A stretch of 64,000 nucleotides of DNA from Alloascoidea hylecoeti. Taxonomy: Eukaryota. Positions within the stretch are counted from its first letter, which is position 1; each line of letters begins with the position of its first letter. The translations under genes and the position numbers were made by a program. The notes under the pieces are model-generated. The model saw only the letters and a list, made by a program, of their open reading frames with translations, was not told the DNA's origin and did not search any database. The stretch spans positions 1,397,389-1,461,388 of the forward strand of contig BCKZ01000001.1 in assembly GCA_001600815.1 (NCBI GenBank), in the 5' to 3' direction. Below, one piece after another: positions 25,080-38,324 of the stretch.

Positions 25080-27425
25080 CTATTTTTGCTTTTGCAAAGC
25101 TTTTAATTGTTGTTCCTTTTCATATTCAGCAATTAATTCTTTTTGTAATTGTGGAGGAGCAGGAGCATAATTATTAAACTCTAATGAAAATTCACCTTTT
25201 CCTTGAGTTGCAGCTCTTAATGATGTTGCAAAACCAAACATTGAATTTAATGAACATTCAGCTGAAATTGTAAATTCATCTGGTCCATTTTCAGTTTCAT
25301 TTATAATCGCCATTAATTTATTCAATAATCCAATAACATTACCTTGGAATTCGATTGGTGCAGTAACAGAAACGTTCATAATTGGTTCTAAAATTAATGG
25401 TCTTGATGCTTGGAAAGCTTTTTCAAAAGCACGAACAGTTGCAACTCTAAAGGCATATTCTGAAGAATCAACAGAATGAATAGCACCATCATTAATTAAC
25501 ATATCAACACCTAAAACTTTATGACCGATTAACGGACCCTTTTCACAAGCATCATTAAAACCTTTTTCACAAGCAAATAAATATTTTTCCGAAATTGCAC
25601 CACCAAAAATTTGTGTTGAGAAATGATTACTAGTAGCATCTGTACTTGGAGATAATTTACCCATTACTCTTGCAAATTGACCAGCGCCACCAGATTGTTT
25701 TTTATGTGTATAATCAAAATCGTTACTACCAGCAATTGTTTCTCTATAAGCAACTCTTGGTTTACCAGTTACACATTCAACTTTATATTCTCTTTTCATT
25801 CTTTCAATATAGATTTCTAAATGTAATTCACCCATACCAGAGATGATAGTTTCTTTACTTTCACCATCATATCTAACTCTGAAAGTTGGATCTTCTTTTT
25901 GGAATCTATTCATAGCTTTTGAGAAATTAGTATTATCATTACCTTTTGGATGAACAGATAAAGAAATAACAGCATCAGGGACAAACATAGAAGACATTGA
26001 ATATTCAACTGTACCATCTGAAAATGTATCACCGGAAGCACAGTCAATACCGAAAGTAGCACAAATTTCACCAGCGGAAATTTCATCAACATCTTGCATT
26101 TCTTCTGAATGCATTCTTACAAGTCTAGCAACTTTAATCTTTTTACCAGTTTTAACATGGTAAATATAACCACCCTTTTTTAGTTTACCTTGATAAACAC
26201 GAATATAAGTTAATTGACCATATTTACCATCTTCAAGCTTGAAGGCTAAACCAATAAATGGGGCTTTCTCGGCAGGTGAGAGGTCGACTGATTCTTCATT
26301 ATTAGCAACATCTAAAGCCGTATTAAGTACTTCAGAAGGATTTGGTAAGTAATCACAAACAGCATCTAAAACAGGTTGGACACCACGATTAGCTAAGGCA
26401 GATCCCATTAAAACCGGTGTAAAGGTACGAGCAATTGTTGTCCTTTTAATAGCAGCTTTAATTTGTTCAGGAGTTGGTACTTTCTCATCAAGATAAATTT
26501 CAGCAATTTCATCATCAACATCAGCTAAAGTTTCAATTAAAACATTTCTTTTTTCTTCAACCAATTCTTTAAGTTCTTCAGGGACTTCCTTTTTCGTAAT
26601 GATTTCACCTTGAGAGCCTTCATTATACAAAGCAACACGATCAATAATATTAACAACACCTTTTAAATCTTTTTCAGCACCAATTGGAACTTGTAAAGCA
26701 GCAGCAGGAATTTTTAATTTTTGGTTAAGTTGCTTAATTGCATTCCAAGGATTAGCACCCATACGATCCATTTTATTAATAAAGGTTATACGAGGAACAT
26801 TGTATCTTCTCATTTGACGATCAACAGTAATAGTTTGAGATTGAACACCAGAAACAGCACACACCACAAGAACAGCACCATCTAAAACACGTAAAGCTCT
26901 TTCGACTTCAATAGTAAAGTCAATATGGCCAGGAGTATCGATTAAATTAAAATGATAAGATTCATTATCTTTATCCCATGAACAATAAGTAGCAGCAGAT
27001 TGAATAGTAATACCTTTTTCACGTTCAAGATCCATTGAATCCATTTTAGCACCAACTTGATCTTTACCTCTAACTTCATGAATAGCTTTAATACGTCCAG
27101 TATAAAATAAAACACGTTCAGTAAAAGTTGTTTTACCAGAATCAATATGGGCAGAAATACCAATATTTCTCATTTTAGTTAAACGAGAAAAGTCCCCAGG
27201 AGTTAATGTCTTATTTATCTCTTCAAGTTTCACTTGCTCTTCTTCATAAGTTCTTTTTGGAAAACTTGAAGAAAATGATCTTAAACCGAAAAGAGAATTT
27301 TTAGAAAAACGAGTAGCAAGATTTTGACGTTTGATACCTTCAAAGACACCTTCAAATATACCTCGAAGGTGGGTATTCCCCAACCCCAGGAGCCTTCCTC
27401 GGGCTATTATTGCTGGTCCGCTCAT
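25080..27425 (-). CDS. MEF1: Mitochondrial elongation factor G1
   Basis: Motifs [38 protein letters not shown] and [11 protein letters not shown]-terminal presequence. Confidence 0.97.
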   Translation of the reverse strand: MSGPAIIARGRLLGLGNTHLRGIFEGVFEGIKRQNLATRFSKNSLFGLRSFSSSFPKRTYEEEQVKLEEINKTLTPGDFSRLTKMRNIGISAHIDSGKTTFTERVLFYTGRIKAIHEVRGKDQVGAKMDSMDLEREKGITIQSAATYCSWDKDNESYHFNLIDTPGHIDFTIEVERALRVLDGAVLVVCAVSGVQSQTITVDRQMRRYNVPRITFINKMDRMGANPWNAIKQLNQKLKIPAAALQVPIGAEKDLKGVVNIIDRVALYNEGSQGEIITKKEVPEELKELVEEKRNVLIETLADVDDEIAEIYLDEKVPTPEQIKAAIKRTTIARTFTPVLMGSALANRGVQPVLDAVCDYLPNPSEVLNTALDVANNEESVDLSPAEKAPFIGLAFKLEDGKYGQLTYIRVYQGKLKKGGYIYHVKTGKKIKVARLVRMHSEEMQDVDEISAGEICATFGIDCASGDTFSDGTVEYSMSSMFVPDAVISLSVHPKGNDNTNFSKAMNRFQKEDPTFRVRYDGESKETIISGMGELHLEIYIERMKREYKVECVTGKPRVAYRETIAGSNDFDYTHKKQSGGAGQFARVMGKLSPSTDATSNHFSTQIFGGAISEKYLFACEKGFNDACEKGPLIGHKVLGVDMLINDGAIHSVDSSEYAFRVATVRAFEKAFQASRPLILEPIMNVSVTAPIEFQGNVIGLLNKLMAIINETENGPDEFTISAECSLNSMFGFATSLRAATQGKGEFSLEFNNYAPAPPQLQKELIAEYEKEQQLKALQKQK

Positions 27426-27478
27426 AATCGTCTTCTATTAGGCCTGAAAGAAAGAAACAAAAAAGTTTTGATGAAAAA

Positions 27479-27507
27479 TCACGTGTATTAAAGGTAGAAG
27501 CCAATCA
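27479..27507. promoter_or_regulatory. TCACGTG E-box (Cbf1-like) and CCAATCA (Hap2/3/5) box upstream of MEF1
   Basis: tcacgtg at 27479 and ccaatca at 27501, within 90 bp of the MEF1 ATG. Motif match only. Confidence 0.4.
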
Positions 27508-28423
27508 CAAAACATCAAAGTAAAAACCATACAGTAATTAAAAACATATTAATAAATAAAAGCAAGATTTTTCATATTTCCTATTTAATATATTCAGCGG
27601 TTCTTCAAAAGATGATTTAATCATTAAATTAATATATTCATATAACTATATCGAATAATAGAAGAAAGATACAACCACAAAATAAGATTGAGCAATTAAC
27701 TAGACCCACTTAAAACGAGACAACTTATTGATACACCATTTTATTTTTTTTGACTATTGAAGACCTCGACAGTCATTATAATAGACAGATATGGGGAGGC
27801 TATAGTTAAGAAATCTTGTACAATAGTTAACGGTCGTCATGATCGTATCATAAGGTTGTGTGCATACACATACATTCAATAATTTGCTCTTTTAATTCTT
27901 ACCGAAATAGTATATAAATATTTGCTCATCTTCACGATTTCAGCGAATATCTCATAATTAGGAAATAGTTTTTATAATATATAAATAGTATATATTTCCT
28001 TCATATATTGTTTTTACAAAATTTGGTTCTAATGATATCAACTGCTTCTCAATAAATAACATAATATCGCAAACATTACGAAATTTAAACAAATTTAGAA
28101 AATACAATCTCATATTCAAATTCATAAACAATACTTACTTTTTTTTCTTTCATTCAGGGCATATATTAAGAACTATTTAAAGATTTTCTTATTATTTAAA
28201 CTGGTTAAAATATAACATTAATAATAACTAACTAATATCCACATCACACAAATTATTAAATGAATTCACTTATAGCTCGGTTGAAACTACTCATTAAAAT
28301 GTAATTAAGTTTCAATTTCAATTACAGCATGTTATTATTATGAAAATGTAGCAAGAATTTTTGGAGCAAACAAATAAAGCAAAAAAAAACAAAAGAGCAA
28401 AAGATATACATGAAGATAACTAA

Positions 28424-30286
28424 TTATCGAGTAGAGTTATCTATAACTCCTTCTCTAGCTAAATCATCATCTTGATAATCAATACCATATTCATCTAAAA
28501 CATCTCTGTCGAGTTCTTTTGTTGGTTCAGACATACCATAGAATGCAATAGCAATGATTCCCAAAATACCAGAAAGACATGAAAATACCATAGCAACGAT
28601 ACCTCTTGCTGTGAATTTGCCAGGAATTGTCTTTGCTTGAATATTTTCGCCAGTTAAATCCATATAGTCAGAAGTGATACCAGCTGCATTGCCAGCAATA
28701 GGAACACCAACCGCTTTACAGGCATCTAAGAAATTATCAGTTAAAGTTTCTTGTTCTTGTAATTGTAATGGGGCTTCGACTAAAACAATTGCTAAACCTT
28801 GCTCTAAATGCCATTCAATATGACAATGGAAAAACCAAGCACCTGGATTATCTGCTCTAAATCTAAGAACAAAGTAACCCTGTGGTCTAACATATACAGT
28901 ATCTCTTCTCATTGGATATTCTGCATATGGTTCATGGTCAGAAGCGTTAAAAATCAATGGTGATTCGTCATCTTCTCTACCTTCAGATCTTTCAATAACT
29001 TGGAAAGTATGACCATGTAAATGGAAAGGGTGTGTACCAGTATCAGCGTTGTTCAAAACAATGTCAATAACTTCATTATGTTGTAAAACAAAAGTATTTG
29101 TATTTGTACCATAGATATAAGCATTTGTTGCTTCTTTACCGGCAGTCATTGCAGTAACAATAGTTGGTACTTTTGGAGCCACATAAGTAAGATTATTGAA
29201 GAATGCATAATTAATACCATTATCTAAATTATCCATAACAACACTTAAAGTGATTGTAACATCAGCTTCAGGAAATAATTCTTGTTTATCATATGGGACT
29301 AAATAAAAATCATCTAAGAACTCGAGTTCGGGTTCATCTACATCGTTATCAATCACTGGTGGATCAGCTTTTTCAGCAGATTCATCATAAACCAACCAAT
29401 TTGAAGTAGTGAAAACCATATCCTTATAAGTTACATCAAGCATTGTAGTATCATAATGTGTAACAATATTGTAATTTTTATCAGTCTCATTTTTTGTAGT
29501 AAGTAAGAAAGAATATCTTTGAGCAACAGTAACATATAATCTTTCTGTTTCTTGCTTTTCAGTGTAAACACCATCAACTTCAACAACTGTAATATTATGA
29601 TCCTCAATCCAGAAATATTGAGACACAAAAGCGCCAATATTAATTAAATGGACCAAATAGGTTGTACCAGGTTGAATATTCCAACTAACATTTCTACTAT
29701 CATTAAAGAGTAAATTTTGGGGAATAGGTTCAGCACCAGTTGGATTATAAAGATTTAAAAAGTCTTTTTTTAAGTCATCCATCATATCATGATACCATTC
29801 TGAAATAGTTAGAACAACTTCTTCATCGTAATCGTCTTTGTATGGGAAATCCTCAGGATCGTTAATAATAAATGGGGCTCTGAAACCATCTGGATATTGA
29901 GCGGAAGTATGGGAATGATACCAGTAAGAACCAGCTTGCTCTAAGGTAAAATTGTAGACATAAGTGACATTTGGAGCGATTGGACATTGGACAACCATTT
30001 CAGGACCGTCCATTTGGTTTGTACCATTTTGAAATAAACCGTGGAAATGGATTGAAGTGTTTCTGTCACCTAGACCATTTGTAAGATAAATAAGAATTCT
30101 ATCACCTTTATCGGCTTCAAGAGTTGGCCATGGCCATTCACCATTACAGCCGATGACAGCTCTTTCTTTGACACCATCTGGGTTGGCCGTCGTCCAGTCT
30201 GCAGTCCAGTGATATTCCTTGGTTGCCGCAAGAGCGTAAGATGCTAAAGCGGTGAAACTGACTAATAGGGAAGATAATGACACCAT
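28424..30286 (-). CDS. FET3: Multicopper ferroxidase
   Basis: Copper ligand motifs HFHG, YWYHSH, HPFHLHGH and FFHCHIEWH; NPTGAEPIPQN; signal peptide; C-terminal TM (FTARGIVAMVFSC). Confidence 0.96.
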   Translation of the reverse strand: MVSLSSLLVSFTALASYALAATKEYHWTADWTTANPDGVKERAVIGCNGEWPWPTLEADKGDRILIYLTNGLGDRNTSIHFHGLFQNGTNQMDGPEMVVQCPIAPNVTYVYNFTLEQAGSYWYHSHTSAQYPDGFRAPFIINDPEDFPYKDDYDEEVVLTISEWYHDMMDDLKKDFLNLYNPTGAEPIPQNLLFNDSRNVSWNIQPGTTYLVHLINIGAFVSQYFWIEDHNITVVEVDGVYTEKQETERLYVTVAQRYSFLLTTKNETDKNYNIVTHYDTTMLDVTYKDMVFTTSNWLVYDESAEKADPPVIDNDVDEPELEFLDDFYLVPYDKQELFPEADVTITLSVVMDNLDNGINYAFFNNLTYVAPKVPTIVTAMTAGKEATNAYIYGTNTNTFVLQHNEVIDIVLNNADTGTHPFHLHGHTFQVIERSEGREDDESPLIFNASDHEPYAEYPMRRDTVYVRPQGYFVLRFRADNPGAWFFHCHIEWHLEQGLAIVLVEAPLQLQEQETLTDNFLDACKAVGVPIAGNAAGITSDYMDLTGENIQAKTIPGKFTARGIVAMVFSCLSGILGIIAIAFYGMSEPTKELDRDVLDEYGIDYQDDDLAREGVIDNSTR

Positions 30287-33200
30287 TCTTTAGTTGATAT
30301 AAACAGAAAAAAAAGCAGAGAAAAGGAAGAGAAAAGTATTATATATAACAAAAGTTAAATTAATTTTCGATCTGCTAAATATTTAAAAAAAAAATCGATT
30401 TTTTTTCAATTTTCGGGTTTCAACGCTAACATTGCCATACAGCTGCATGCTTCTTATTAGATTAAGCTATTAAACGCATATATACGCATCAAACGGGTCT
30501 CGGGTGATATTCAATTGAAGCTCCTAAATCCAAGCAGTTTGAACCGGGTCTTATTTTGTGCAGCCAAGAAGCAAAATCCGAAATCTCTTGGCGGTCACTA
30601 TTTCGATTCATGCAGCTTTAGACATACCCTAGTTGGAGCGTTTTATAGTTTTATCTAAATGATCTGACTTTTTTCTCGGGAAAGCATCTTCAGCCAATCA
30701 CAGTGCGTTTCACATACCGAACTTGAAGTACTTACATTGCAACTTCCATATATGAATTATCAATTATTTTAGATAACCTGGCATTGGGTATACTTATTTA
30801 TATAGCTGAATAAGCAATTGTTCCATTCAATTTTTATTGCTACTCACTTTTTTTTTAGCCATTGCAATAGAAAATAATAGATCATTGCCGATTAAAGTTA
30901 AATACGGCTTTTTCTAATTAGTGTTGTAATTGCCTTAGGACTATAATTAAAATATTAATATTAGCATCTGGATTTTACAAATATATAACATCTAAGTTGT
31001 AATTTTATAATTACGTGTGTCATATCCAAAATTGTACAGGTTAACGTTACATCTTTAGCAACCAATGGAAAGAAAGTATTGCAGTACTTCAAGTCTCTCA
31101 TTAGACTTAAACTTCGAACTTTAGGTTGGAGCGACAATACTTTTCGATGCTACTCGAATATATGATGGAAAACTATTAACTAATAACTACAAAAAATAAT
31201 CTACTAAATAATTTACTTAAATGGATCTAGAATTTTTATGAAACTGAGCGAGACATTTCAGCCTCGTACAAGTATAAATATAATAATGAATATAAAATTA
31301 TAAATACAAATGGGAAAATGTTTATGTTAATCTCTTATAATTTCATTGAATGAACAGATCCGTTTGTGAAACTTCAACAATCGCAACTTTCAACATTAAT
31401 CAATGGATTGATATTTATATCCATGGGCACTGAACCCAAATTACAACACACTGCTGATCACCAGCAACATGCACATGAATATAAACCTTGGTTGAAGGTT
31501 TATTAATTTTTTATTTGAGTCGTTCACAAGTTCCGCAACTGTCTTTTATGTTAATTTTAGCTTTGCAACTTACTAGAGATTAAAGCTCTATACCTGCATA
31601 TACATTCCACTCCATATCAATATAAAATATAACTTCCTGTTCATCTCATCAAACTCCAGTTTTGAAAGATGAATAATTATAACAATAAATAGTGTTTCCC
31701 TTGAATTTTTGTTATGGTTATAAAAATAATTATATAAACTTATTACTAGACCTATCATTAACATTTTAGACAAGGTTTCCTCAATTGTTATATGTATACG
31801 TAATTACTAAAACTTATATTAGCATTGTAAATTATAGTCATTTTGGACAGCTCCATCTTCCCAGCTATAGGGTGTGGCTATAGTTATTTACCATGTAACT
31901 ATTAATACCGGTACCCATGATAGCATGATAGTGGATATCAATAATAATAAGAACTCAAATTAACCATATTCCGTGGTTTTAACAAAGTCTACATTTTGCT
32001 AAGTCATGTTTGGCTTAATTTATTGAAGCATTCAGCACTCGTCGCAAGCGTGCCCCAAAGGATGATCGATCGATCTATAAGGGTATATGAAAATTTGTAA
32101 TCAAACACAGCTAGTAAGCATTTAAATTTAGAGGGAATAAAAGTAACGAAAAATAAAGAGGTGATCAAGATTTCTATATGACCAAAGGCGATCACTACGA
32201 TATCTCTTTTATCACACTATACCAAGTTGCCAATGAACATTGAACAGCCACGAATATAACTTATATGTCTGTGGCTCATACACATATAAGTCGATACGTT
32301 GTTACAAATGTCTGTAAACTTCCCTTAGAAAAGACATATTTTTAAAACTAACTTAAGGATTAGTAGGAATTTTATGATTAAAGACAGCGCTATACGGCTG
32401 AAATGCGAAAAAAATTTAATGTATCAATTTATTTTCATCATTTGTATTAGAATAGTTTACGTTTTGTCACCTGCATATTGAAGCTAGATAATCTAATCAA
32501 TCTCATGCAGATATGCAGATCAGAAGTAAACTCAAACTATTTTAATTAATGCACTAATTATTAATATGATGCCGCTTGGGCCCGAGTGACCGAGCAATAT
32601 GCACGCGACAAGCTTAGCAATCTTAAAAGTCTCTTTCTACAACCTGAAAATGAAAAATGGTATAAATTAATTTTAAATTCTTTATTAGTGTTACAGGCTA
32701 TTCAAAATTAAAAATAATGCTATACATTTATGTCTAGCTATATGGATATTATAGTAACTACAAGAACTTGAGATGTTTGATTGAGAAACTATGAAAATGA
32801 ATGTCGGATCGATGTCATGAATCATCATGAAAACAGATCAATTTTCATACAACTTGGTGTAAATCGATGATACGCTTATAATATAAGATTCGAGTACGTC
32901 AATTATTAAAAAATAACTAGTTGAAGCTATTTACGGATGTCTCATTATCAATTATTCTGGTGCTGATTGGTTTATACAGGAGAATTACTATTAATACATG
33001 TATGAATATCTATTAATATCGACTCTTTATCGAGCGTGTAACCAAATGTAGTATATATTTTCATCGTTATTTCCCGAGTAATCGTAACTTCATAACCACA
33101 TCTTTCTGTTATATGGATGACTAATTATATATTTTATTTTGCCAATAATTCAATTTCAACATACAAAAACTGTATGTAATAAATAGAAATTAATAATATT

Positions 33201-33934
33201 CAATGTGGCTAGCTTTAGGCATACGAGTTGATCATATTGATCACCTTAATTTTTAATATATTCTAGAATATTATTGGGTGATCTAATTTAATCATGAGCG
33301 AATTCATTTACCTAGGGCGGCCTATATTATAGATAAAATAGTAGATTGATGATTGATCACATTTAAATTTGTTAACCAATTGAAAAGGAAAAGTTTATGA
33401 AAAATTATCTACTTTCAAATTGTATTCAATTTCCCCGTCATTTTTTGGCTTTATTTGGTGGTGCTGATTCTTGGTTACACGGAAGCTTGTATCGGTTAAC
33501 GTTTACTTAAAAGCTTGCCGTCTCTCAGACTGCAATAAGATTGATATCGTATCTAGGATATATGAATTAATAATTGTCGCTAAGAAATAAATAGTTTTAT
33601 TTTTCAAATCGAGTGAGAAGTTAAACCCCTTATATAATAGTAACACATAAACTTAATGGATCGGAAAACAATTGAAAATAGAAATATCACCACCTTTATT
33701 GTATGGTGTTATTTAATTTAAATATACCGATCAGGAGAGAGTGTGATAAATTGTAGTGGAGCGGGAAAGCCAAACAAAATAATATCACGCTAAGTTTAAT
33801 TTAATTGATTAATGATCAAAAGTCAAGTGCAAAATTCCTTATATGGCTGAAAATAAAAAAAAAGAAAATTCATACCGGAATTTGACACTGAAATATTATA
33901 ATTAAGGTTACCATTGGCGACAATCTGATTAGAT

Positions 33935-33943
33935 TTATCTGAT
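33935..33943 (-). promoter_or_regulatory. ATCAGATAA iron-responsive GATA repressor site (Fep1/SreA/Sfu1 type)
   Basis: Exact ATCWGATAA match about 270 bp upstream of the FTR1 ATG, with a near-copy (aatctgatt) at 33922-33930. Confidence 0.6.
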
Positions 33944-34213
33944 ATTTTCGGCTGCTTAACTTCTGGACGAATATTATGATCACTCCATGTGTAAGTGCAT
34001 GCACATGCGTATAATATGCACACACACATTTAGCGCCTATTAAGGGTCCGGGTTCATTAAAATATAGATCCTGAAAAAAAGCCCTTAAAACATTAAAACT
34101 AATTATTAACTTACTTTTAAATACCTGCTATTATCCATCAATCTTTTTTTCTTCTTATTCTTCTTTGTAGTTTCAAGTCTCTTTTCTTCGTCATTTATAG
34201 AGAACAAAAAAGA

Positions 34214-35356
34214 ATGGTCAACGTTTTTGCACCACAAATCTTCTTTATTGTCTTTCGTGAGACTTTAGAAGCAGCTGTTGTTGTTTCTGTCCTACTTGCC
34301 TTTTTAAAGCAGGGTCTTGGTAAGGCTACTGATGATCCCCTTGTATATAAAAAGCTAGTTAGACAGGTCTGGGTAGGATCGATACTGGGTGTGGTGATTT
34401 GTTTAATCCTTGGTTGTGCTTTCATTGGTGCTTTTTACTCACTTGGTAATGATATTTGGGGTAAATCCGAAGATTTATGGGAAGGTATCTTCTCAGTAAT
34501 TGCTACAGTTTTAATCACTGCAATGGGCTTAGCCATGTTAAGAATTAATAAAATGAAAGAGAAATGGAGAGTTAAAATTGCAAAAGCAATTATTGAAAGT
34601 AAAAATGTTAAAAAGGGACATGTTGGTTTTGGCTATTATACAAGAAAATATGCCATGTTCTTACTTCCATTTATTACTACTTTACGCGAAGGTTTAGAAG
34701 CCGTTGTGTTCGTTGGAGGTGTAGGTCTTTCATACCCTGCATCTGCTTTCCCAATTCCTGTTATTGTTGGTTTAATTGCTGGTATTTTTGTTGGTGCCGT
34801 TTTGTATTATGGAGGTTCTACTTCATCTTTACAAATATTCCTTGTTGTTTCAACATGTATTCTTTATTTGATCGCCGCTGGTTTATGGTCTCGTGCTATC
34901 TGGTATTTCCAAACATATGTTTTCAATACAAAATCTGGTGGTGATGCTTCTGAGAGTGGTTCAGGAAATGGTTCTTACAACATTAAACAAGCAGTATGGC
35001 ACGTCAACTGTTGTAATCCTGAAACAGATAATGGTTGGGATGTGTTTAATGCTCTATTAGGATGGCAAAATACTGGTACTTATGGTTCTGTTATTTCTTA
35101 TAATATTTATTGGTTATTTATAATTGTTGTTTTATATTTAATGTGGTATCAAGAAAAGAATGGTCATTTCCCATTCTTAAAATCAAAGGTTAAAAAACCA
35201 GTTGCACCATGGAAAAGATCTAATCTTACAAAAGAAGAAGAAGCTGATTATGTTCGTCGTGTTGAACAAGGAGAAATCTATGATGAAGATGCTGATAAAA
35301 ATATTCCTCTAGAAGATCATACTTCATCTGATGATAATTCAGCAACTAGAAAGTAA
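34214..35356 (+). CDS. FTR1: High-affinity iron permease
   Basis: Two RExxE motifs (FRETLEA, LREGLEA), 7 TM segments, WHVNCCNPETDNGWDVFNALLGW; divergent from FET3. Confidence 0.97.
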   Translation: MVNVFAPQIFFIVFRETLEAAVVVSVLLAFLKQGLGKATDDPLVYKKLVRQVWVGSILGVVICLILGCAFIGAFYSLGNDIWGKSEDLWEGIFSVIATVLITAMGLAMLRINKMKEKWRVKIAKAIIESKNVKKGHVGFGYYTRKYAMFLLPFITTLREGLEAVVFVGGVGLSYPASAFPIPVIVGLIAGIFVGAVLYYGGSTSSLQIFLVVSTCILYLIAAGLWSRAIWYFQTYVFNTKSGGDASESGSGNGSYNIKQAVWHVNCCNPETDNGWDVFNALLGWQNTGTYGSVISYNIYWLFIIVVLYLMWYQEKNGHFPFLKSKVKKPVAPWKRSNLTKEEEADYVRRVEQGEIYDEDADKNIPLEDHTSSDDNSATRK

Positions 35357-38324
35357 TATATTGATTGACTGATGAAATTTTACGTTAATAATAATGAGGT
35401 TGAATCATTTTTGTTTTTTTTATTCAATTTGTATTAATTTTCTCTTCAGCTTACAATTAAATTGGATCATTCTTTTTATTTTGAATCCCTTATTTAGTTA
35501 TAAAAATAATAAAATGTTATGCAGTAAAATTGTATGTCTATTTCCAAATATAACATGTGCAATATTATGAAATACGTATGTCAGGTTCTCATGTCGCTTT
35601 ATCCTTATATATACACGGACGGTATGGTATAAATTATACGATATTCGAAGTATTAGTATGTGTGGTTTTAATTCATCATCAGGTTTTGTCATATATCGAA
35701 ATCTGTTATTGCTGAAAAGATTTGTATAAATTTTGTTGATAAAGCTTTTAGCTGATTAAATATAATAATAAGCGGTTTGTATGATATAAGATCAAGAAGT
35801 TATGGTATTGACATCACTCATTCATCGAATTTATTGCAATTTATATTTCCGTGAAAGCATTATTATCACTGAAGTGGATTTCTCCTTGCTTTATATATCT
35901 CTTTTGTTTATAGAGACTTTCAGACAATTACTACTTTTGTGGATTTAATTTGCTCATCTCGTTGTTACCTCACAAAATAAGAAGGACGAGCAATTTATTT
36001 TATATGAGTTATTTGCATTTTTTTTATTTAGAGAGTACTAAAACAAAGATAGAGTTCATATGGATCTGTTTTAAAAATTATAAGGTAGCGAGAGATCCCT
36101 GGTATTTTCTATATATAACTACCTATGCTGAATATCATAAGATATTTGCAATTATTAAAAAATGGGTTGTATTTTGCCATGATCAATGATTTTCAAAATA
36201 ACCACCCTTAATGCTGCGGGAATATTAAGTGGCATATGCAATGTAGCAATGCATTAAACAAAAACAGCCGCATCCTTTTAAGGAGTAAAGATCCAAAACA
36301 TCTCAATTAAAATTCAAGCCAATTCATTTTTGGTATATAATTACTAGTGAGTTCAAATTTTCAAATCAATGAGTGAAAACCAAAAGAAATAATAGAAACG
36401 ATGATTGGACTATAAAAATATTAAAAATACCTAAACTCTTGTAAATACATACACATCAGCAACCTCAAGCAAGTAAAGTTCAAAGAGTTTAGATGTGGCC
36501 TAACTTGTCTGAGACTAATATGTATATACTAATTTAAGCTCAAGATTCGAAACGTTCGAATTCGTTGCAATTGGCTTTAGTCAATTGGACACATAAATAC
36601 ATCTGGTCTTGAAGGTATTTATTCCAGTTATGATTATAAGATTGAAGATTGGCTGTAGATCGATATAACATACTTAAATAACGCTTTCTAAGCCTCTTTT
36701 TACATACTGTGCTGATATTTATCAATTATCTATTCATAGCTATCTGAATTGTTCGTGTTACTTATTAAATATTCCTTTTTAGGGTTTTAGCTAAGAGATT
36801 ATAATTAAGGTCAATGGCATACAACACTTACAATATTAATAAAGATGCATCATAATGTATACTTGCTAGTTAATAACATAGGCTTATATATAATTAGTTA
36901 AAAGTCATTTCGAAATATGCTTCCCCCTAGACTTAACTTTAAGAATACCCAACTTTAACCAAAATGGCCAATATCGTGATCAAAAAAGACCTAGAGACAG
37001 AGAAAGATCGGCTATTTCTTGAGAAGAAATATTCCTGTGTGGCAAAGAATCGGGGCGAAAGCAACATATACTAAGAGGCTGAATAAATAGAGTTATTTCC
37101 AAAGGTAATAGCAACGGGCTGGGAAAAAGCTTACTATTCTAGAGGAGGCCAAAATCTTACAGAATATTCAGGAAATGGAGAGTATGGTTGCCCCAGATAA
37201 AGCACATTTTTTTCGTGTCGTTGATGAGTATATCAGGATGGCTACTCTAACCAAGTCAGGCAATTGCAGAAGTTCCAAAAATCTCCGATTGAGAATTATA
37301 TGAGTAAGGGGTCTTTAAGAATCGAGATCCTGAGTTGGAATATAAACGCGTAAATTCAGTGGATGGTGGCAGATGATTTGCCTTGAACAAACAAAGAAGT
37401 GCTTAGAGTGGTTATTTAACAGATATCAATATCATAAAAGGAACATCTAGAACACAGTTGAAGCAACTCACACTTTTAGTGAATTAAAATCGGTTAAGGT
37501 GTTAGTACAAACTGTCTCAATTGGTACTGTCACATGTTAAAGTGTACGCGTAGTATGAAGGTAGTTTTCATGAAGTATAGTGCAAAAATTTACATCGCTC
37601 TGGCGAGAAATTCCATACCCACACTTATATGATAAATGCCAAAGCCAGTAACTCACCTTTAAAAACATAGGTGCTGGAGTTCAAGACAGGTATAAGTTCA
37701 TCTTATCAGAGGAAAGGAAGTCTTGAAGAAGTGCAGATCATAAAATATAAGGAGTCTGTGGCTACTTTCTTGGAAGATTTACCAGTTTCTGATGAGAGGA
37801 TTTGATCATTGTTTCAGTCTTATCGGTGCCACTACTGCCTAGATGTGCAAGAGTTACACAAAGCGCCCAATTCACTAGAAAACTTGAAGTGACCATAATC
37901 TAGAGGGTTCGCCTTCATCTTCACGACTCATTCCACTAATTATCAACGAATTAAAAGGCTATTTGAACTGTACAAGTGCGCGAATGTTTTTAGTCACAAA
38001 TGACGATTTAATTCTAGGTTTCTGTACCATACTTCGCAAGTGGCTTCATTATATGGCTACAAGCCTTAAAACTAGTAGCCGTAGATATTTTCTAACAGTT
38101 ATAAAAACTTAGGTTGCTATTATGATGAAGAAAAGATTAATATGCTGATGACCAGGGTTTTCATACCTAGCTAGTCAGCATTAATATAGTTTTGGCATAA
38201 GTGTGATATGAAATGATTGGCATTTATCGTTATGCTAACACCCAATAGTCCAATAATATTGATCATTGCCTCCCATGTTTAAACACGATAAGCTATAATT
38301 GAACCAAATGGAACAGTATTATTA

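Noticed and set aside
37310..37353. LINE endonuclease-like ILSWNIN
   Set aside because: Followed almost immediately by a stop, with no other endonuclease or reverse transcriptase motifs.
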